Source of the DNA: a virus
Taxonomy: Duplodnaviria; Caudoviricetes
Virus record (IMG/VR): IMGVR_UViG_2835052945_000005
Span: 343-64,342 of that record
Strand: one strand, 5' to 3'
DNA: 64,000 nucleotides
Numbering within the stretch: position 1 is the first letter of the stretch; every line of letters starts with the position of its first letter. The notes below the pieces were generated by a model that searched no databases, was not told where the DNA came from, and saw only the letters and a list, made by a program, of their open reading frames with translations. Shown piece after piece: positions 26,273 to 36,625 of the stretch. Position numbers and translations under genes: made by a program.

Positions 26273-26498
26273 CGTGAAACTGAACAGCCGGCACAAGCAT
26301 GCCGGCCAATGGCGCGAACCGGATGAGACGCTATCGGTGTCGCAACCGGTGGCTGATTGGCTGATCGGTCTCGGCGTGGCCGAACCGACAGCCACTACGC
26401 GCAGCAAGAAAACCACGGCCGTTGCCGACGTAACGGCGGCCGAAACTGAAACCGCGCAGGCCGCTGATGCGACCGCCGCGAACCACACCGGAGAATAG
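26265..26498 (+). CDS. Small neck-region protein
   Basis: HKHAGQWREPDETLSVSQPVADWLIGLGVA plus Ala/Thr tail; start ATG 26265. Confidence 0.65.
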   Translation: MPDVKLNSRHKHAGQWREPDETLSVSQPVADWLIGLGVAEPTATTRSKKTTAVADVTAAETETAQAADATAANHTGE

Positions 26499-26500
26499 TC

Positions 26501-27259
26501 ATGTCATTAATGAGCCTACAGGGGCCGATCAATCTGGCGCCGCGTATTACCAGCACGGCGAAGGCAAAACCGGGGGCGCTGCGGTTCGTTGGTCAGGCCG
26601 ACGTCTGCGATGTTGAGATGGAAGCCGAAAGCGCGTCGCAAACTGATTCTTATACCGGCCAGCGCCTGGAAATCGGCTCGCTGTCGCTGGGCAAAACCGG
26701 CACCATCTCGCTGACGCTCAAAGACTGGAGTCTGGAGAATCTGGCGCTGGCGCTGTACGGCCAGGTATTCAGAGTTGAGGCGGGAACCATCAGCGGTGAA
26801 GCCCTGCCGCCTGGGTTAATCGTTGGCGATCGTGTCCGCCTTGACAATCCCTTTGTCAGCGATGTGCTCCTTACCGCGTCGGATGGCTCGACCGCACTGG
26901 TGCCTGGAACGGATTACCGTGTGGATTCCGCCACGGCCGGCATCATCGAACTGCTGAGCGAAAGCGCGCTGACGGCCACAGCGGCCTACAGCTACGCCCC
27001 GACCGAACAGTTGGGACTGTTTACCACCACGCCGCCGGAGCGCTGGCTGCTGCTGGACGGCATCAATACCGAAAATGATGAACGGGTCATCGTGCAGCTC
27101 TACCGCGTCAAATTTCAGCCGGTATCCAGCCTGTCGCTGTTGCACAACGAAGGCTATGGCGAACTGCCGCTGACCGGCAACGTGCTGGCGGATACCACGC
27201 AGGGTAGCGATAGCGAACTGGGTTATTTCGGCTCTTACGTTCAGAAGGTAGCTGAATAA
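26501..27259 (+). CDS. Major tail (tube) protein, siphoviral
   Basis: 252 aa between neck genes and chaperone/TMP; no sheath gene in the element. Confidence 0.8.
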   Translation: MSLMSLQGPINLAPRITSTAKAKPGALRFVGQADVCDVEMEAESASQTDSYTGQRLEIGSLSLGKTGTISLTLKDWSLENLALALYGQVFRVEAGTISGEALPPGLIVGDRVRLDNPFVSDVLLTASDGSTALVPGTDYRVDSATAGIIELLSESALTATAAYSYAPTEQLGLFTTTPPERWLLLDGINTENDERVIVQLYRVKFQPVSSLSLLHNEGYGELPLTGNVLADTTQGSDSELGYFGSYVQKVAE

Positions 27260-27890
27260 TGGCGAAGAAAATTGTTCCGCCGGAGGAAACCGCTGCCGCC
27301 GATCTGGAAATTCTGAATCCCGATCGAACGATTAACATTGCTGGTGAAAAGCTGACCGTGCGGGAATATAACCTGGTTGACTCGTTGGAAATGCATGAAC
27401 CGATCGCCGCGCTGACGCAGGCGTTGGCGGCAGTGATGCAGGATGGTCCGCTGTTTTATGAGGATGTCGAGGCCATTCTGGCTCGCCAGGTGGCTATCGT
27501 TCCGCTGCTGGCCGCGCGTGCCGTTGATAAACCGGCAAGCTGGGCGGAAAAACTATCCGCCACGGACGGCGCAATCCTGCTTGACTGGTGGTGGGTGGTC
27601 AACCGGCATTTTTTTATGACCGCTGCCGTGCGCCGGATAACAGTGCAGGCCGCCAGAGAAAAACGGCAACAGTGGGATTCGCCACTCTCTTCGCCACCCT
27701 CGTCCGGGCCGGACATAATGCAGAGCGACTCCGCTACTACACCCGGCGCCAGTTGATGCTTTATTACCGTGAGGCGCTGCGCTTGCAGGATCGGGACAGT
27801 GTCGAGCGGATTTTGGACGTCGGCGCAGCCTATACCGGCGGGAAAACGGCGAAAAAACGTATTGACGCATTAACCAAAGCATTCCGTTGA
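27259..27890 (+). CDS. Tail assembly chaperone (27259-27756) with probable -1 frameshift extension to 27890
   Basis: -1 frame open 27588-27890 up to TMP; slippery T TTT TTT at 27609-27615. Confidence 0.7.
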
Positions 27891-27905
27891 TGATGGGTAT
27901 CCGCG

Positions 27906-30900
27906 ATGGCGACAAATAATGATTTGAAACTGGCGCTGCGTATCACTGCGGATGTCAATGAGGCCAAACGGGCGCTTGAAACGCTGACCGGAGATATTGA
28001 GCAGACCAGTAGCGCGGTCGATGCCGGTAATAAACATTGGTCGGAGATGGTTAACGCGCAGGATGCGGCGGCGAATGCCGCCCGGCAGACATCCAGCGCG
28101 GTAGCCGATTATCAACAGGCAGTATCCCGCGCCAGCAGTTCATCCAGTACGCTCAGCGCATCCGTCAGCGAGGTGACCCGTGATTTGTCCGCTCAGCAGG
28201 CCGCATTGGCAGCACTGCTGGGGCGCATCGATCCGGTTGTCGGTGCGTATGAGCGCCTGGACAACATGGAGCGCCAGCTCGGTGAATTTAATGCCGCAGG
28301 CTTAATCGGCGGTGACGACTTTGATCTCTACGCTGCACGTCTGAATGATATGCGCGGCCAGGTCGAGGCCGCCGCCTACGCGGCCAGCGAGGCGGGACGA
28401 CGGGAGGCTCAGGCTGCGCGGGAATCGGCACAGGCGGCGCGTGAAGCCGCTCAGGTCGAAGCTCAGGCAAAAGCGACAAAAGAGGCGTTTATCGCCCGGC
28501 TGCGCGAGCAAGCCGAAACGATGAGCATGACCACGGCCGAACTGTTGCAATACAAAGCGGCGCAGCTCGGCGTTGCGGCAGAAGCAACTCCATTTATTCA
28601 ACGTCTGACCGATACATCGGCGGTAATGAGTCAAGGCGGTCTCAGTGCCAAACAATACGCCCAGGCGATGCGTTACCTGCCGATGCAGATTACCGATGTC
28701 GTTACATCGCTGGCATCAGGAATGCCGGTGTGGATGGTGGCCATCCAGCAAGGCGGGCAGATCAAGGACTCGTTCGGCGGTATCGGCAACACCTTCAAAG
28801 CGCTCACCAGTCTGATTACACCCGCACGCCTGGCAATGGGCGGTATGGTTGCGGCAATTGCTGCCGTTGGTATCGCGGTTATCAGCGTAATGAATGACCA
28901 GGATGCATTTAACCGCGCTATTGTCCAGACCGGAAATCACGCCGGAGTAACGGCTGGCCAATTGGAGCAGATGGCGCAGAGCGGTGGGAAACTCAGCAGC
29001 AATTACTCGCAGGTGCGGGATATTCTTGCTGGTCTGGTCAGCAGCGGAAAATTTACGTCAGAGACGATAGATGGCGTATCGCAGGCGGCATCGGCAATGG
29101 CACAGCTTACCGGGCAGTCCGCCGACCAGATAATCAACGAGTTTATGAAGATGACCGACAGCGTCAGCGACTGGGCCGTCAGCAGCAGTGAGAAGTACCA
29201 CTGGCTGGATACAGCCACTTATCAGCGTATCCGGGCATTGGAAGAGCAAGGACGAACGGAAGAAGCCATTGATGTTGCGTCGGAAATTTATAAGCAGGCA
29301 GCGATAACGCGCCTGACGCAGTTGGAGTCAGAGCTGAATTGGGTTGCACTCGGATGGAAAAACATCAAGGGCGCGATGAATGACGCTATCGCCGCCGCAA
29401 AAGGCTCCGCAGCAAGCGCGTTCGGATTGGACTCAGAAAGCGAATCCCGCGCAAAAAGGATTATCGAGTTACGTCAGCGTTTATCTGAAGCGGGTAATGA
29501 CGTTGATATTGCTTTACGCGGCACCGTCTACCAACAGCAGGTTAAAGCAGACAAGGAGGAGTTAGCTGCATTAGAAAAAGAAGAAGCGGCGATAAAAGCG
29601 GCGGCAAAGGCTGAATCCGAACGCCAGAAAACAGAAAAAAGAGCGATTGCCGCGTCCCGCGAACTGGAAAAAATCTGGGCCAATAATCGAACTGAACTCG
29701 ATAAAGAAGCTGATGCGATTGAAGAGACCCGCAAGCGTTATGAAACATTGTGGAAGACCGAAAGCGGCCGCGATACGCTGCGCAGCCGTGGCGTCGCTTC
29801 TGAAGACGGTATCAACTTCTCCGGCGGTCAGTGGGATATCGACGTTGCCGCACTGGACGCATCGGACCAAAAAGCCCGTCAGTACAACGATACGTTACGT
29901 CAGACCATTCAGCAGAAAACCGCGTTAACGCAACTGGAAAAAGTCGAAGCAGAGATCCGCTCTGGTTCGTTGAAGAATGCAACCGCCGAACGGCAGGAAG
30001 AAGCCCGCGCGCTGGCGCGTCAGGCCGATGCGCAGGACGCGCAAATCAAGTCGGCCCGCGAAGCCGCCGCCGAAACAAAACGCTCTGCCGCCGAGAACCA
30101 GCGATTCGTCGACTCGTTGGTCGAACAGGCCGCCAAACAGACACAAGGCACCGCCGCCATTCGCGCCCAAGAAATTGCCACCCGCAGCCTGACGGCGGAG
30201 CAACGCAAACTGGCTGAAGCGGCGCACGCCGCGCTGAATGCCCGCGAATTTCAGGACAAAAACCTGCAATTGCAAATGGAATACATGCGTGCATCGGGAG
30301 ATAGCGCCGGAGCCAGCCTGTTGGCGGTGAGTAACCAGTATCAGCAACTGCGTGACGAATTCACCGCCAGCGGCAACACTGAGGGAGTGAATTGGCTCGA
30401 TAAGCTTCTACCGCTGCAAGAAGCACAGGTTCGGGTTGATGCGCTGAAAAAGCAGATTTCAGATTTGTTTACTTGGCGCAGCCAGCAGGAAACAACTGTC
30501 CAGGCTCAGGTTCAAGGTGGATTACTAACTGAGCTTGATGGTCGGGAGCGGTTGGTTCAACTGCATAAAGATGTCGCAAATAAAATCCAGGGTTACCTGC
30601 CGACACTACGTGAAATGTCTAATATCCCCGGTGAGGCGGGAGAGAGTGTCCGCGCGCTGTTGGCTCAACTCGACGCGGAAATGGGAAAACTGCAGGAAAC
30701 CGCTAATGCGCTAGCGCTGGCATTTAAAGACGGCCTGCAAGGCGGTATTCAGAGCAGTCTCCAGGGATTGTCCACTGGAGCAATGAATCTGAGTGATGCT
30801 GTATTGAATCTGGCACAGTCTGTCGTCAATGCTTTGTCGCAAATTGCATCGCAAAAGTTGGCCACCGCCATTATGGATGGAGCCAGCTCATTGTATGGCA

Positions 30901-31631
30901 GCGTCTTTGGCGCGAGTACAGATGCTGCATCTGGTGCCGCTGAAGCTACGGCCATGTCAACGGCTATTACCACTGCCACTACTGCTGGTGCTACAACCAT
31001 GTCAACAGCGATTGGAGCAGCCAGTACGGCTGGTTCAGCTTCGTTTGGCGCGGGGGTCACTACTGCAATAACGGCTGGGGCTGCAACCTTAACGGGTTCA
31101 CTGGCCGGCGCGTTTGCTGCGGGTGCGGCCACCTTGTCAGCAGCGATTTCCGCCGCAAGCGCTGGTAGTGCCGCGTCAGGAATGGCCAGCGCCGGTGCAG
31201 CCGCCGTTGCCGCTGCCGGCGGCGGCCTTGTAACCGGTCCCGGAACTAGCACCAGTGACTCCATCGCAGCCTGGCTGTCAAACGAGGAGTTCGTGACACG
31301 CGCAGCGGTTACCAGTCAGCCCGGAGCACTGCCATTTCTCCACGACTTTAACAAACGCGGTATGTCAGCATTGCACGACTGGACGCGGGTACGCCATGCG
31401 ACGGGTGGTCTGGCTGGGTTTCCGGCTCCGCGCGCTAGTAACCCGAATATGTTGTCCGAACTGCCTGAACGCAGCGCTGGCGGTAATGCCGCCGCTCCCG
31501 TCATCCAGCAAACCCTGGTATTGGACGCCGCCGACGTGTTCACCAAAGGCGCGCAGAGCGTCGCCGGGCAGCGCGCCATGATGACCTTTATCCGCGCCAA
31601 TAAATCCACACTGAAACAGGAGTTAGGCTAA
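27906..31631 (+). CDS. Tape measure protein
   Basis: 1241 aa, Ala-rich helical, QQGGQIKDSFGG lambda-type TMP motif. Confidence 0.92.
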   Translation: MATNNDLKLALRITADVNEAKRALETLTGDIEQTSSAVDAGNKHWSEMVNAQDAAANAARQTSSAVADYQQAVSRASSSSSTLSASVSEVTRDLSAQQAALAALLGRIDPVVGAYERLDNMERQLGEFNAAGLIGGDDFDLYAARLNDMRGQVEAAAYAASEAGRREAQAARESAQAAREAAQVEAQAKATKEAFIARLREQAETMSMTTAELLQYKAAQLGVAAEATPFIQRLTDTSAVMSQGGLSAKQYAQAMRYLPMQITDVVTSLASGMPVWMVAIQQGGQIKDSFGGIGNTFKALTSLITPARLAMGGMVAAIAAVGIAVISVMNDQDAFNRAIVQTGNHAGVTAGQLEQMAQSGGKLSSNYSQVRDILAGLVSSGKFTSETIDGVSQAASAMAQLTGQSADQIINEFMKMTDSVSDWAVSSSEKYHWLDTATYQRIRALEEQGRTEEAIDVASEIYKQAAITRLTQLESELNWVALGWKNIKGAMNDAIAAAKGSAASAFGLDSESESRAKRIIELRQRLSEAGNDVDIALRGTVYQQQVKADKEELAALEKEEAAIKAAAKAESERQKTEKRAIAASRELEKIWANNRTELDKEADAIEETRKRYETLWKTESGRDTLRSRGVASEDGINFSGGQWDIDVAALDASDQKARQYNDTLRQTIQQKTALTQLEKVEAEIRSGSLKNATAERQEEARALARQADAQDAQIKSAREAAAETKRSAAENQRFVDSLVEQAAKQTQGTAAIRAQEIATRSLTAEQRKLAEAAHAALNAREFQDKNLQLQMEYMRASGDSAGASLLAVSNQYQQLRDEFTASGNTEGVNWLDKLLPLQEAQVRVDALKKQISDLFTWRSQQETTVQAQVQGGLLTELDGRERLVQLHKDVANKIQGYLPTLREMSNIPGEAGESVRALLAQLDAEMGKLQETANALALAFKDGLQGGIQSSLQGLSTGAMNLSDAVLNLAQSVVNALSQIASQKLATAIMDGASSLYGSVFGASTDAASGAAEATAMSTAITTATTAGATTMSTAIGAASTAGSASFGAGVTTAITAGAATLTGSLAGAFAAGAATLSAAISAASAGSAASGMASAGAAAVAAAGGGLVTGPGTSTSDSIAAWLSNEEFVTRAAVTSQPGALPFLHDFNKRGMSALHDWTRVRHATGGLAGFPAPRASNPNMLSELPERSAGGNAAAPVIQQTLVLDAADVFTKGAQSVAGQRAMMTFIRANKSTLKQELG

Positions 31632-32599
31632 TGGCTTGGGAAACTGGCACCGCCGCCAACGAGCGCGAACTACTGCAAAAGCTGGATGCCTTTCTGACAT
31701 CCAACGCCGAACTGGTGGCCAGTGGTGAGAATTGGACGCAAATCTACGCCGACACCATTGCCGCTACATCAACCACGGTTGAGCGGTTGGCCTACGCATG
31801 GGTGGCGCCGGGTTCTGCTGGCGCGGATCAGATTTATATCGGGGCACGGTCAAACAACAGCATCGGCTCCGATATTTACAATATTTATTTTGCCGGGGGG
31901 ACGTATTTCAATCCCGAGGCATTCAGCGATGCTGAAAACATCTGGAGTGGCATGGTTAACGGCTCGCCGCGTGTCGGGTGTTGCTGCGAAAACCTAACAT
32001 TTAAATACTGGTTTATCGCCAACGGTCGGCGGTTTATTGTCCTCACCCGGCTGACGAACGCTATTTTTAGTTCCGCTTACTGCGGGTTTATGCTGCCGAC
32101 CGTTACCCCGCTGGAATACCCTTATCCGCTGGTGATTGCTGGCAGCACTGATAATACGCTGAGTCGTTATTCGCTAACTACTGATTACAACAGCAGTATT
32201 GTCGACCCACGCACCCAAAACTGCTGGTTGATGTATCCCGACCAGGGATGGCGTGATTTTTATGGCGCTGCCGCGACCAGCTATACCACAGACGGTCAAT
32301 CTCGCTACCTCACCCCGCGCGGTGCGCCTCGTTATTCCTACGCCAGTAACGCCGGTGAAGTGTTAACGGCACTGACTGCCTCTCCGGGTGATAACTATCC
32401 GCTATGGTCAGTGGAGTTTCGGGCACTGGAGGTGGCTGGAACCAATTATTTTGGTGCATTGGACGGCGTTTGCTGGTTACCGGGAGTAGGTGTAGCGGCG
32501 GAGGACATCATTAATACTGCTGATGATCAGCAGTTTGTCATTTCGCGTAATGCGTTTCGTACCAGCACACTCGATTATTTTGCCGTCGAGCTGGCATAA
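31631..32599 (+). CDS. Virion structural/tail-tip protein
   Basis: MAWETGTAAN...; paralogous N-terminus to next gene. Confidence 0.7.
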   Translation: MAWETGTAANERELLQKLDAFLTSNAELVASGENWTQIYADTIAATSTTVERLAYAWVAPGSAGADQIYIGARSNNSIGSDIYNIYFAGGTYFNPEAFSDAENIWSGMVNGSPRVGCCCENLTFKYWFIANGRRFIVLTRLTNAIFSSAYCGFMLPTVTPLEYPYPLVIAGSTDNTLSRYSLTTDYNSSIVDPRTQNCWLMYPDQGWRDFYGAAATSYTTDGQSRYLTPRGAPRYSYASNAGEVLTALTASPGDNYPLWSVEFRALEVAGTNYFGALDGVCWLPGVGVAAEDIINTADDQQFVISRNAFRTSTLDYFAVELA

Positions 32600-32610
32600 C
32601 AGGGGGATTT

Positions 32611-33609
32611 ATGGGCTACCAAACCGGCACCGCTAACGACGTTTCAGATCTGTTGGAAAAACTGAGCATATTTGCAAGTACGCTCGGTTGGACGGTTGAT
32701 AAATTCGTGTCGGGAACATCTCCAGAACTATATCTACACAATGCCGATGGATATTGGTCGTTTGGGGTTACTAGGCCAAGCTCATCATATAAATATGCGC
32801 TGTTCATTTTGGGAAATACTGGTTTTGACAATGCGCTGGCCTGGACAGCCCAGCCAGGTAGTAGCTATACCAATCATGGCAGCACAAGTAGTTGGTTCGC
32901 CAACTATCGTGGCGCAGGCACGACAGAACTGGTTCGGGGGGCGGGGCCGTTTATCAGTTACGATTTTTTCGGCACAGCGCAATATTTACACGTTATCGTA
33001 CAAATTACCGCTGCCAGTTTTCGCCATTTTGGTATTGGCACGCTAAACCGTGAGGGGAATTATACTGGTGGACAATATACTTATGGCACCGCGTATAACC
33101 CTTTTGGCAATTCCGGTGTTGATAGCAATCCTGACTACAATACCTACCCATTTTGTGACAGAACAGTGTACGGCGACAATTTCTCATCGGCTGTACGGGC
33201 AGATGCGTTGGGTGATAGTGGTTCCTCTCCTTACTGGTTTTTGTTTGGCGCTACCCTTGCAGGCATTGGAGCAATCGGGCTGGGTGGTTCTGTGTTATAT
33301 AATTCCGGGACTTACAGTCGGCGTCATCCCGATACAATGGCAGTGGCCACCAGCCAAAGTCAACTGGGTGCGGTGATTGCACCAGTACCCAATGCCATTA
33401 TGGTTATTGGTGCCGACGGTCTATGGCGTCGGCTAGGTATCGTGCCAGATATTGCTGTCTGCCGAATGATGGGGATCACATCACGTGGACAGCTTGAGTT
33501 AAACGGCGAAACCTGGATGATTGTTCCGCCGATAAAATACATGGCTGATGGCAGGATAGTTGGTGAAAACAGTCATGTTCTCGGCTACGCCTACCGGATC
33601 ACCCCATGA
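32611..33609 (+). CDS. Virion structural/tail-tip protein (paralogue)
   Basis: MGYQTGTAND...; aromatic/Gly-rich. Confidence 0.7.
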   Translation: MGYQTGTANDVSDLLEKLSIFASTLGWTVDKFVSGTSPELYLHNADGYWSFGVTRPSSSYKYALFILGNTGFDNALAWTAQPGSSYTNHGSTSSWFANYRGAGTTELVRGAGPFISYDFFGTAQYLHVIVQITAASFRHFGIGTLNREGNYTGGQYTYGTAYNPFGNSGVDSNPDYNTYPFCDRTVYGDNFSSAVRADALGDSGSSPYWFLFGATLAGIGAIGLGGSVLYNSGTYSRRHPDTMAVATSQSQLGAVIAPVPNAIMVIGADGLWRRLGIVPDIAVCRMMGITSRGQLELNGETWMIVPPIKYMADGRIVGENSHVLGYAYRITP

Positions 33610-35285
33610 CCAGCGTCCATATTGTTGCAAGCAGCTATCGCATCAGGCCGCCGCACAGCGCCAATATCGATAATCTGCTAACCCGCCAGGGCAGTATCCT
33701 GCTGGCAGAGCCAACAGTGATGACAAGCGGCACACTGCAGCGTACCGAAAAATCGATTGCCATACATTCCCGCGCCGGTTATCTCAGTGCCAGTTGGATT
33801 GATAGTTTTTACAACCGTATTGCGATTATCCCTACCACCCAATCCCTGGGCGCCATCAGTTCAGAGCAGACCGTCACAGTCAAAGTGTGGAACGCGTATT
33901 TATCGGCGCAGACATTGTTGAGCATGGCCATCAGCGGCGACGAGGGGATCGCACTCTCCGGTCCCGTCACTCCTCGCGAGTTCAACCGGCTCGCCATCCA
34001 TGAGTGGCAACTGACAATATCGATGGACGGTCCCAGCGCCATCAACTGCACCGTGACCTGGCAGTTCGCCGGCATGGACCCCGTAACGTTTACGTTGACC
34101 GGGTCGCGCACCGTCAGTTGGCTACTGGCTCCTGACTGGAGTGATGGCATCACGGAAAACCTGGAATGGAAAACGGATGTTCATCGCTCCCAGACCGGCG
34201 CCGCGCAGCGTGTTGCCCGTCGCCTGTCGCCGCGCCGTACCTTCGAATTCAAAATTATTGCCGATGCCGCCGCACGCCGGCGATTCGAACAGCAGTTGTT
34301 CAACTATGGTTCGCGCAGTTGGGCGCTGCCGATCTACCCCGACCAGGCCCGATTGCCCGCTGTGCTGCCTGCAGGCAGCGATACTGTGCCGCTGGCGACG
34401 GCCGGCCGGGATTTTGTTGCAGGCGGTATGGCGCTGATTTGCGCGTCCACGGCGGTGACGGCCGCGCGCGAAACCGTCGAGATTGCTGGCGTCGAAGCTG
34501 AGGCACTGACGCTGTCTCGCGTAACGCAAAACGACTGGCCTGCCAGCACACTTGTCTATCCGCTACGCAGCGCTGTCATCACCGACCAGCCCCGGCTGAT
34601 GCGCAAAAATGATGGCGTCATTACGGCGCAGATGCGCTTTCTTATCACAGAACACAACGCCCACAGCGACGAGCACGGCCTGACGCTGCATCGTGGTTTT
34701 CCTGTCATCGAGCCTGGCTCTGACTGGTCTGAGGATTTGACGGCGGAATATTCCCGGCTGTTGGCCGAACTGGACAACGACATCGGCATTCCGTACCGGC
34801 TCGACACGGCCGAACGGCCGTTCATCGTCCAGTCGCACGCCTGGTTGGCTGTTGGCCGCGAAAGGCAGCGTCAGCTGCGCTGCCTGCTGTATTGGCTGCG
34901 CGGCCGCCAGCGGCCGGTGTGGGTCGGCAGCCAGGCCACGGACATGATTGCCGTGGCCGATATCGCCAACCAAACCCTCGATATCGAGTCCATCGGGTTT
35001 ACAGATTCCGGGGGAGCGCTGCCGGGCCGGCAGGACATTCGTATCGAAACCACGACTGGCGTTTACTATACCCGCATCACCGCCAGCGCCATCCTGGATG
35101 ATGATACCGAGCGGCTGGTCATCGATGCCGCGCTGAACATCTCCCGCACACAAATTTTGAAAATCTCCTGGCTGACACTGTGCCATCTGTCCAGCGACAG
35201 TGCGGCCTGGGAGCACAAAACCGACGCCGACGGCGTTGCGGCACTGTCACTCACGTTTGAAGGAGTACGCGATGAGCTGGAGTGA
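33606..35285 (+). CDS. Distal-tail-like protein
   Basis: 559 aa; PDWSDGITENLEWKTDV...QRVARRLSPRRTF. Confidence 0.75.
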   Translation: MTSVHIVASSYRIRPPHSANIDNLLTRQGSILLAEPTVMTSGTLQRTEKSIAIHSRAGYLSASWIDSFYNRIAIIPTTQSLGAISSEQTVTVKVWNAYLSAQTLLSMAISGDEGIALSGPVTPREFNRLAIHEWQLTISMDGPSAINCTVTWQFAGMDPVTFTLTGSRTVSWLLAPDWSDGITENLEWKTDVHRSQTGAAQRVARRLSPRRTFEFKIIADAAARRRFEQQLFNYGSRSWALPIYPDQARLPAVLPAGSDTVPLATAGRDFVAGGMALICASTAVTAARETVEIAGVEAEALTLSRVTQNDWPASTLVYPLRSAVITDQPRLMRKNDGVITAQMRFLITEHNAHSDEHGLTLHRGFPVIEPGSDWSEDLTAEYSRLLAELDNDIGIPYRLDTAERPFIVQSHAWLAVGRERQRQLRCLLYWLRGRQRPVWVGSQATDMIAVADIANQTLDIESIGFTDSGGALPGRQDIRIETTTGVYYTRITASAILDDDTERLVIDAALNISRTQILKISWLTLCHLSSDSAAWEHKTDADGVAALSLTFEGVRDELE

Positions 35286-36087
35286 TTACGAATATTCGAC
35301 CGCCAGCGGTCAGCCGGTGCGGCTGTATGAGTTTATTCGCGGCGGAACGCGTTATTATCGCTACACCAATGCCGACCGTGCGGTAACCGCAGGCAGTCAG
35401 ACCTGGGAACCGATTGCCATCAGCGACGGCGGCATCGCATCAGGAACCGACGATGATGATATGACCGTCACGCTGCCAGCTGATAACCCGGTCGCCGAGC
35501 TGTATGACGGCGTTCCGCCGTCCCGTGCGGTACGGTTGAAAATCCATGAACTGCACTACGGTGACGCCGACGTTGAGGTCAAAACCCGCTGGGTCGGTAC
35601 GCTCACCAACCGCCAGCGCAGCGATGCAGGCGTAGCAAAACTGTTCGCCGTCAGCCTGGCGGCCACCTTCGGTCGCACTGGCGTGCGTCTGACCTGGGGG
35701 CGCGGCTGCCCGTATGCGCTGTACGACCACAATTGCCGTCTCAAATCCGCCGATTACGCTGTGGCGTTGACCGTTACGGCGACGAATGGCGACGGCATCA
35801 CGGTCAATATCCCGGCCGGTGTACCGGAGGGCTATTTCAGCGGCGGTTATATCGAATTTACCGCCGACGGTGTGACGGAAACGCGCGGCGCCCGCGTCCA
35901 CAGCGGCAACGCCATCAATTTATTCGGCGGTTCGACCGGACTGACTGTCGGCCAGGCTGTTACCGCTTATCCGGGCTGCGATTTAACGGCTGAAACCTGC
36001 GATGCCAAATTCGGCAATATTCTGAATTTTGGCGGCATCAATCATTTACCTAGCGTCAATCCCTGGCAAATAATCAAGGTGTTCTGA
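35272..36087 (+). CDS. BR0599-family tail-tip protein (gpL-like, Cys motif)
   Basis: GCPYALYDHNC...AYPGCDLTAETCDAKFGNILNFGG. Confidence 0.85.
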   Translation: MSWSDYEYSTASGQPVRLYEFIRGGTRYYRYTNADRAVTAGSQTWEPIAISDGGIASGTDDDDMTVTLPADNPVAELYDGVPPSRAVRLKIHELHYGDADVEVKTRWVGTLTNRQRSDAGVAKLFAVSLAATFGRTGVRLTWGRGCPYALYDHNCRLKSADYAVALTVTATNGDGITVNIPAGVPEGYFSGGYIEFTADGVTETRGARVHSGNAINLFGGSTGLTVGQAVTAYPGCDLTAETCDAKFGNILNFGGINHLPSVNPWQIIKVF

Positions 36088-36395
36088 TGGACATGATATT
36101 GCACGTATTCAACGAGCTGTTATTTCCCTCGCCGGTTTATATCGACGGCAAACCTATAGCGATGGCGTACTGGCAGGTGTTCTATTATCTGGCTGTGATG
36201 GTCGCGTCTTATTTTATTAATCAGGCGCTGGCTAAAAACAACCAGACAAAACCGGAGGCCGCAACAGCCGATGACTGGGATTTTCCACAGACCGATGAAG
36301 GCACAGCCCAGTGCATATTTTTTGGCGACTGCTGGACCGAAGACTGGCAGGTGCTGGACTACGGTAATTATCGTTATGAGGCAATTAAAAAATGA
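36087..36395 (+). CDS. Small tail assembly protein
   Basis: DWDFPQTDEG...IFFGDCW...YGNYRYEAIKK. Confidence 0.75.
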   Translation: MDMILHVFNELLFPSPVYIDGKPIAMAYWQVFYYLAVMVASYFINQALAKNNQTKPEAATADDWDFPQTDEGTAQCIFFGDCWTEDWQVLDYGNYRYEAIKK

Positions 36396-36622
36396 CCGGG
36401 AATAGCACGGACGTGATCGACATCTTCGTCACGATGGATCATATCCGCATTGCCGGCGGGTGCGCGCCGGGGGCCAAAACCTGGTTTCGGCGCTACGGCC
36501 TGGATTTTCGGGCCTTTATCCGCGACGGTGGCATCAGCAGCGACAAGCTACTGGCGACTGGCGATGCGCTGGCATTACGCACAGTGGCTATCGCCCTAAA
36601 ATCTAACAGTAATGGAGCATAA
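36392..36622 (+). CDS. Small tail assembly protein
   Basis: HIRIAGGCAPGAKTWFRRYGLDFRAF...LLATGDALA. Confidence 0.75.
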   Translation: MTGNSTDVIDIFVTMDHIRIAGGCAPGAKTWFRRYGLDFRAFIRDGGISSDKLLATGDALALRTVAIALKSNSNGA

Positions 36623-36625
36623 CTA

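Noticed and set aside
30890-31260. Ala/Ser/Thr-rich quasi-repeats in the tape measure gene as a repeat array
   Set aside because: Low-complexity protein sequence normal for TMP C-termini; no exact DNA repeat unit
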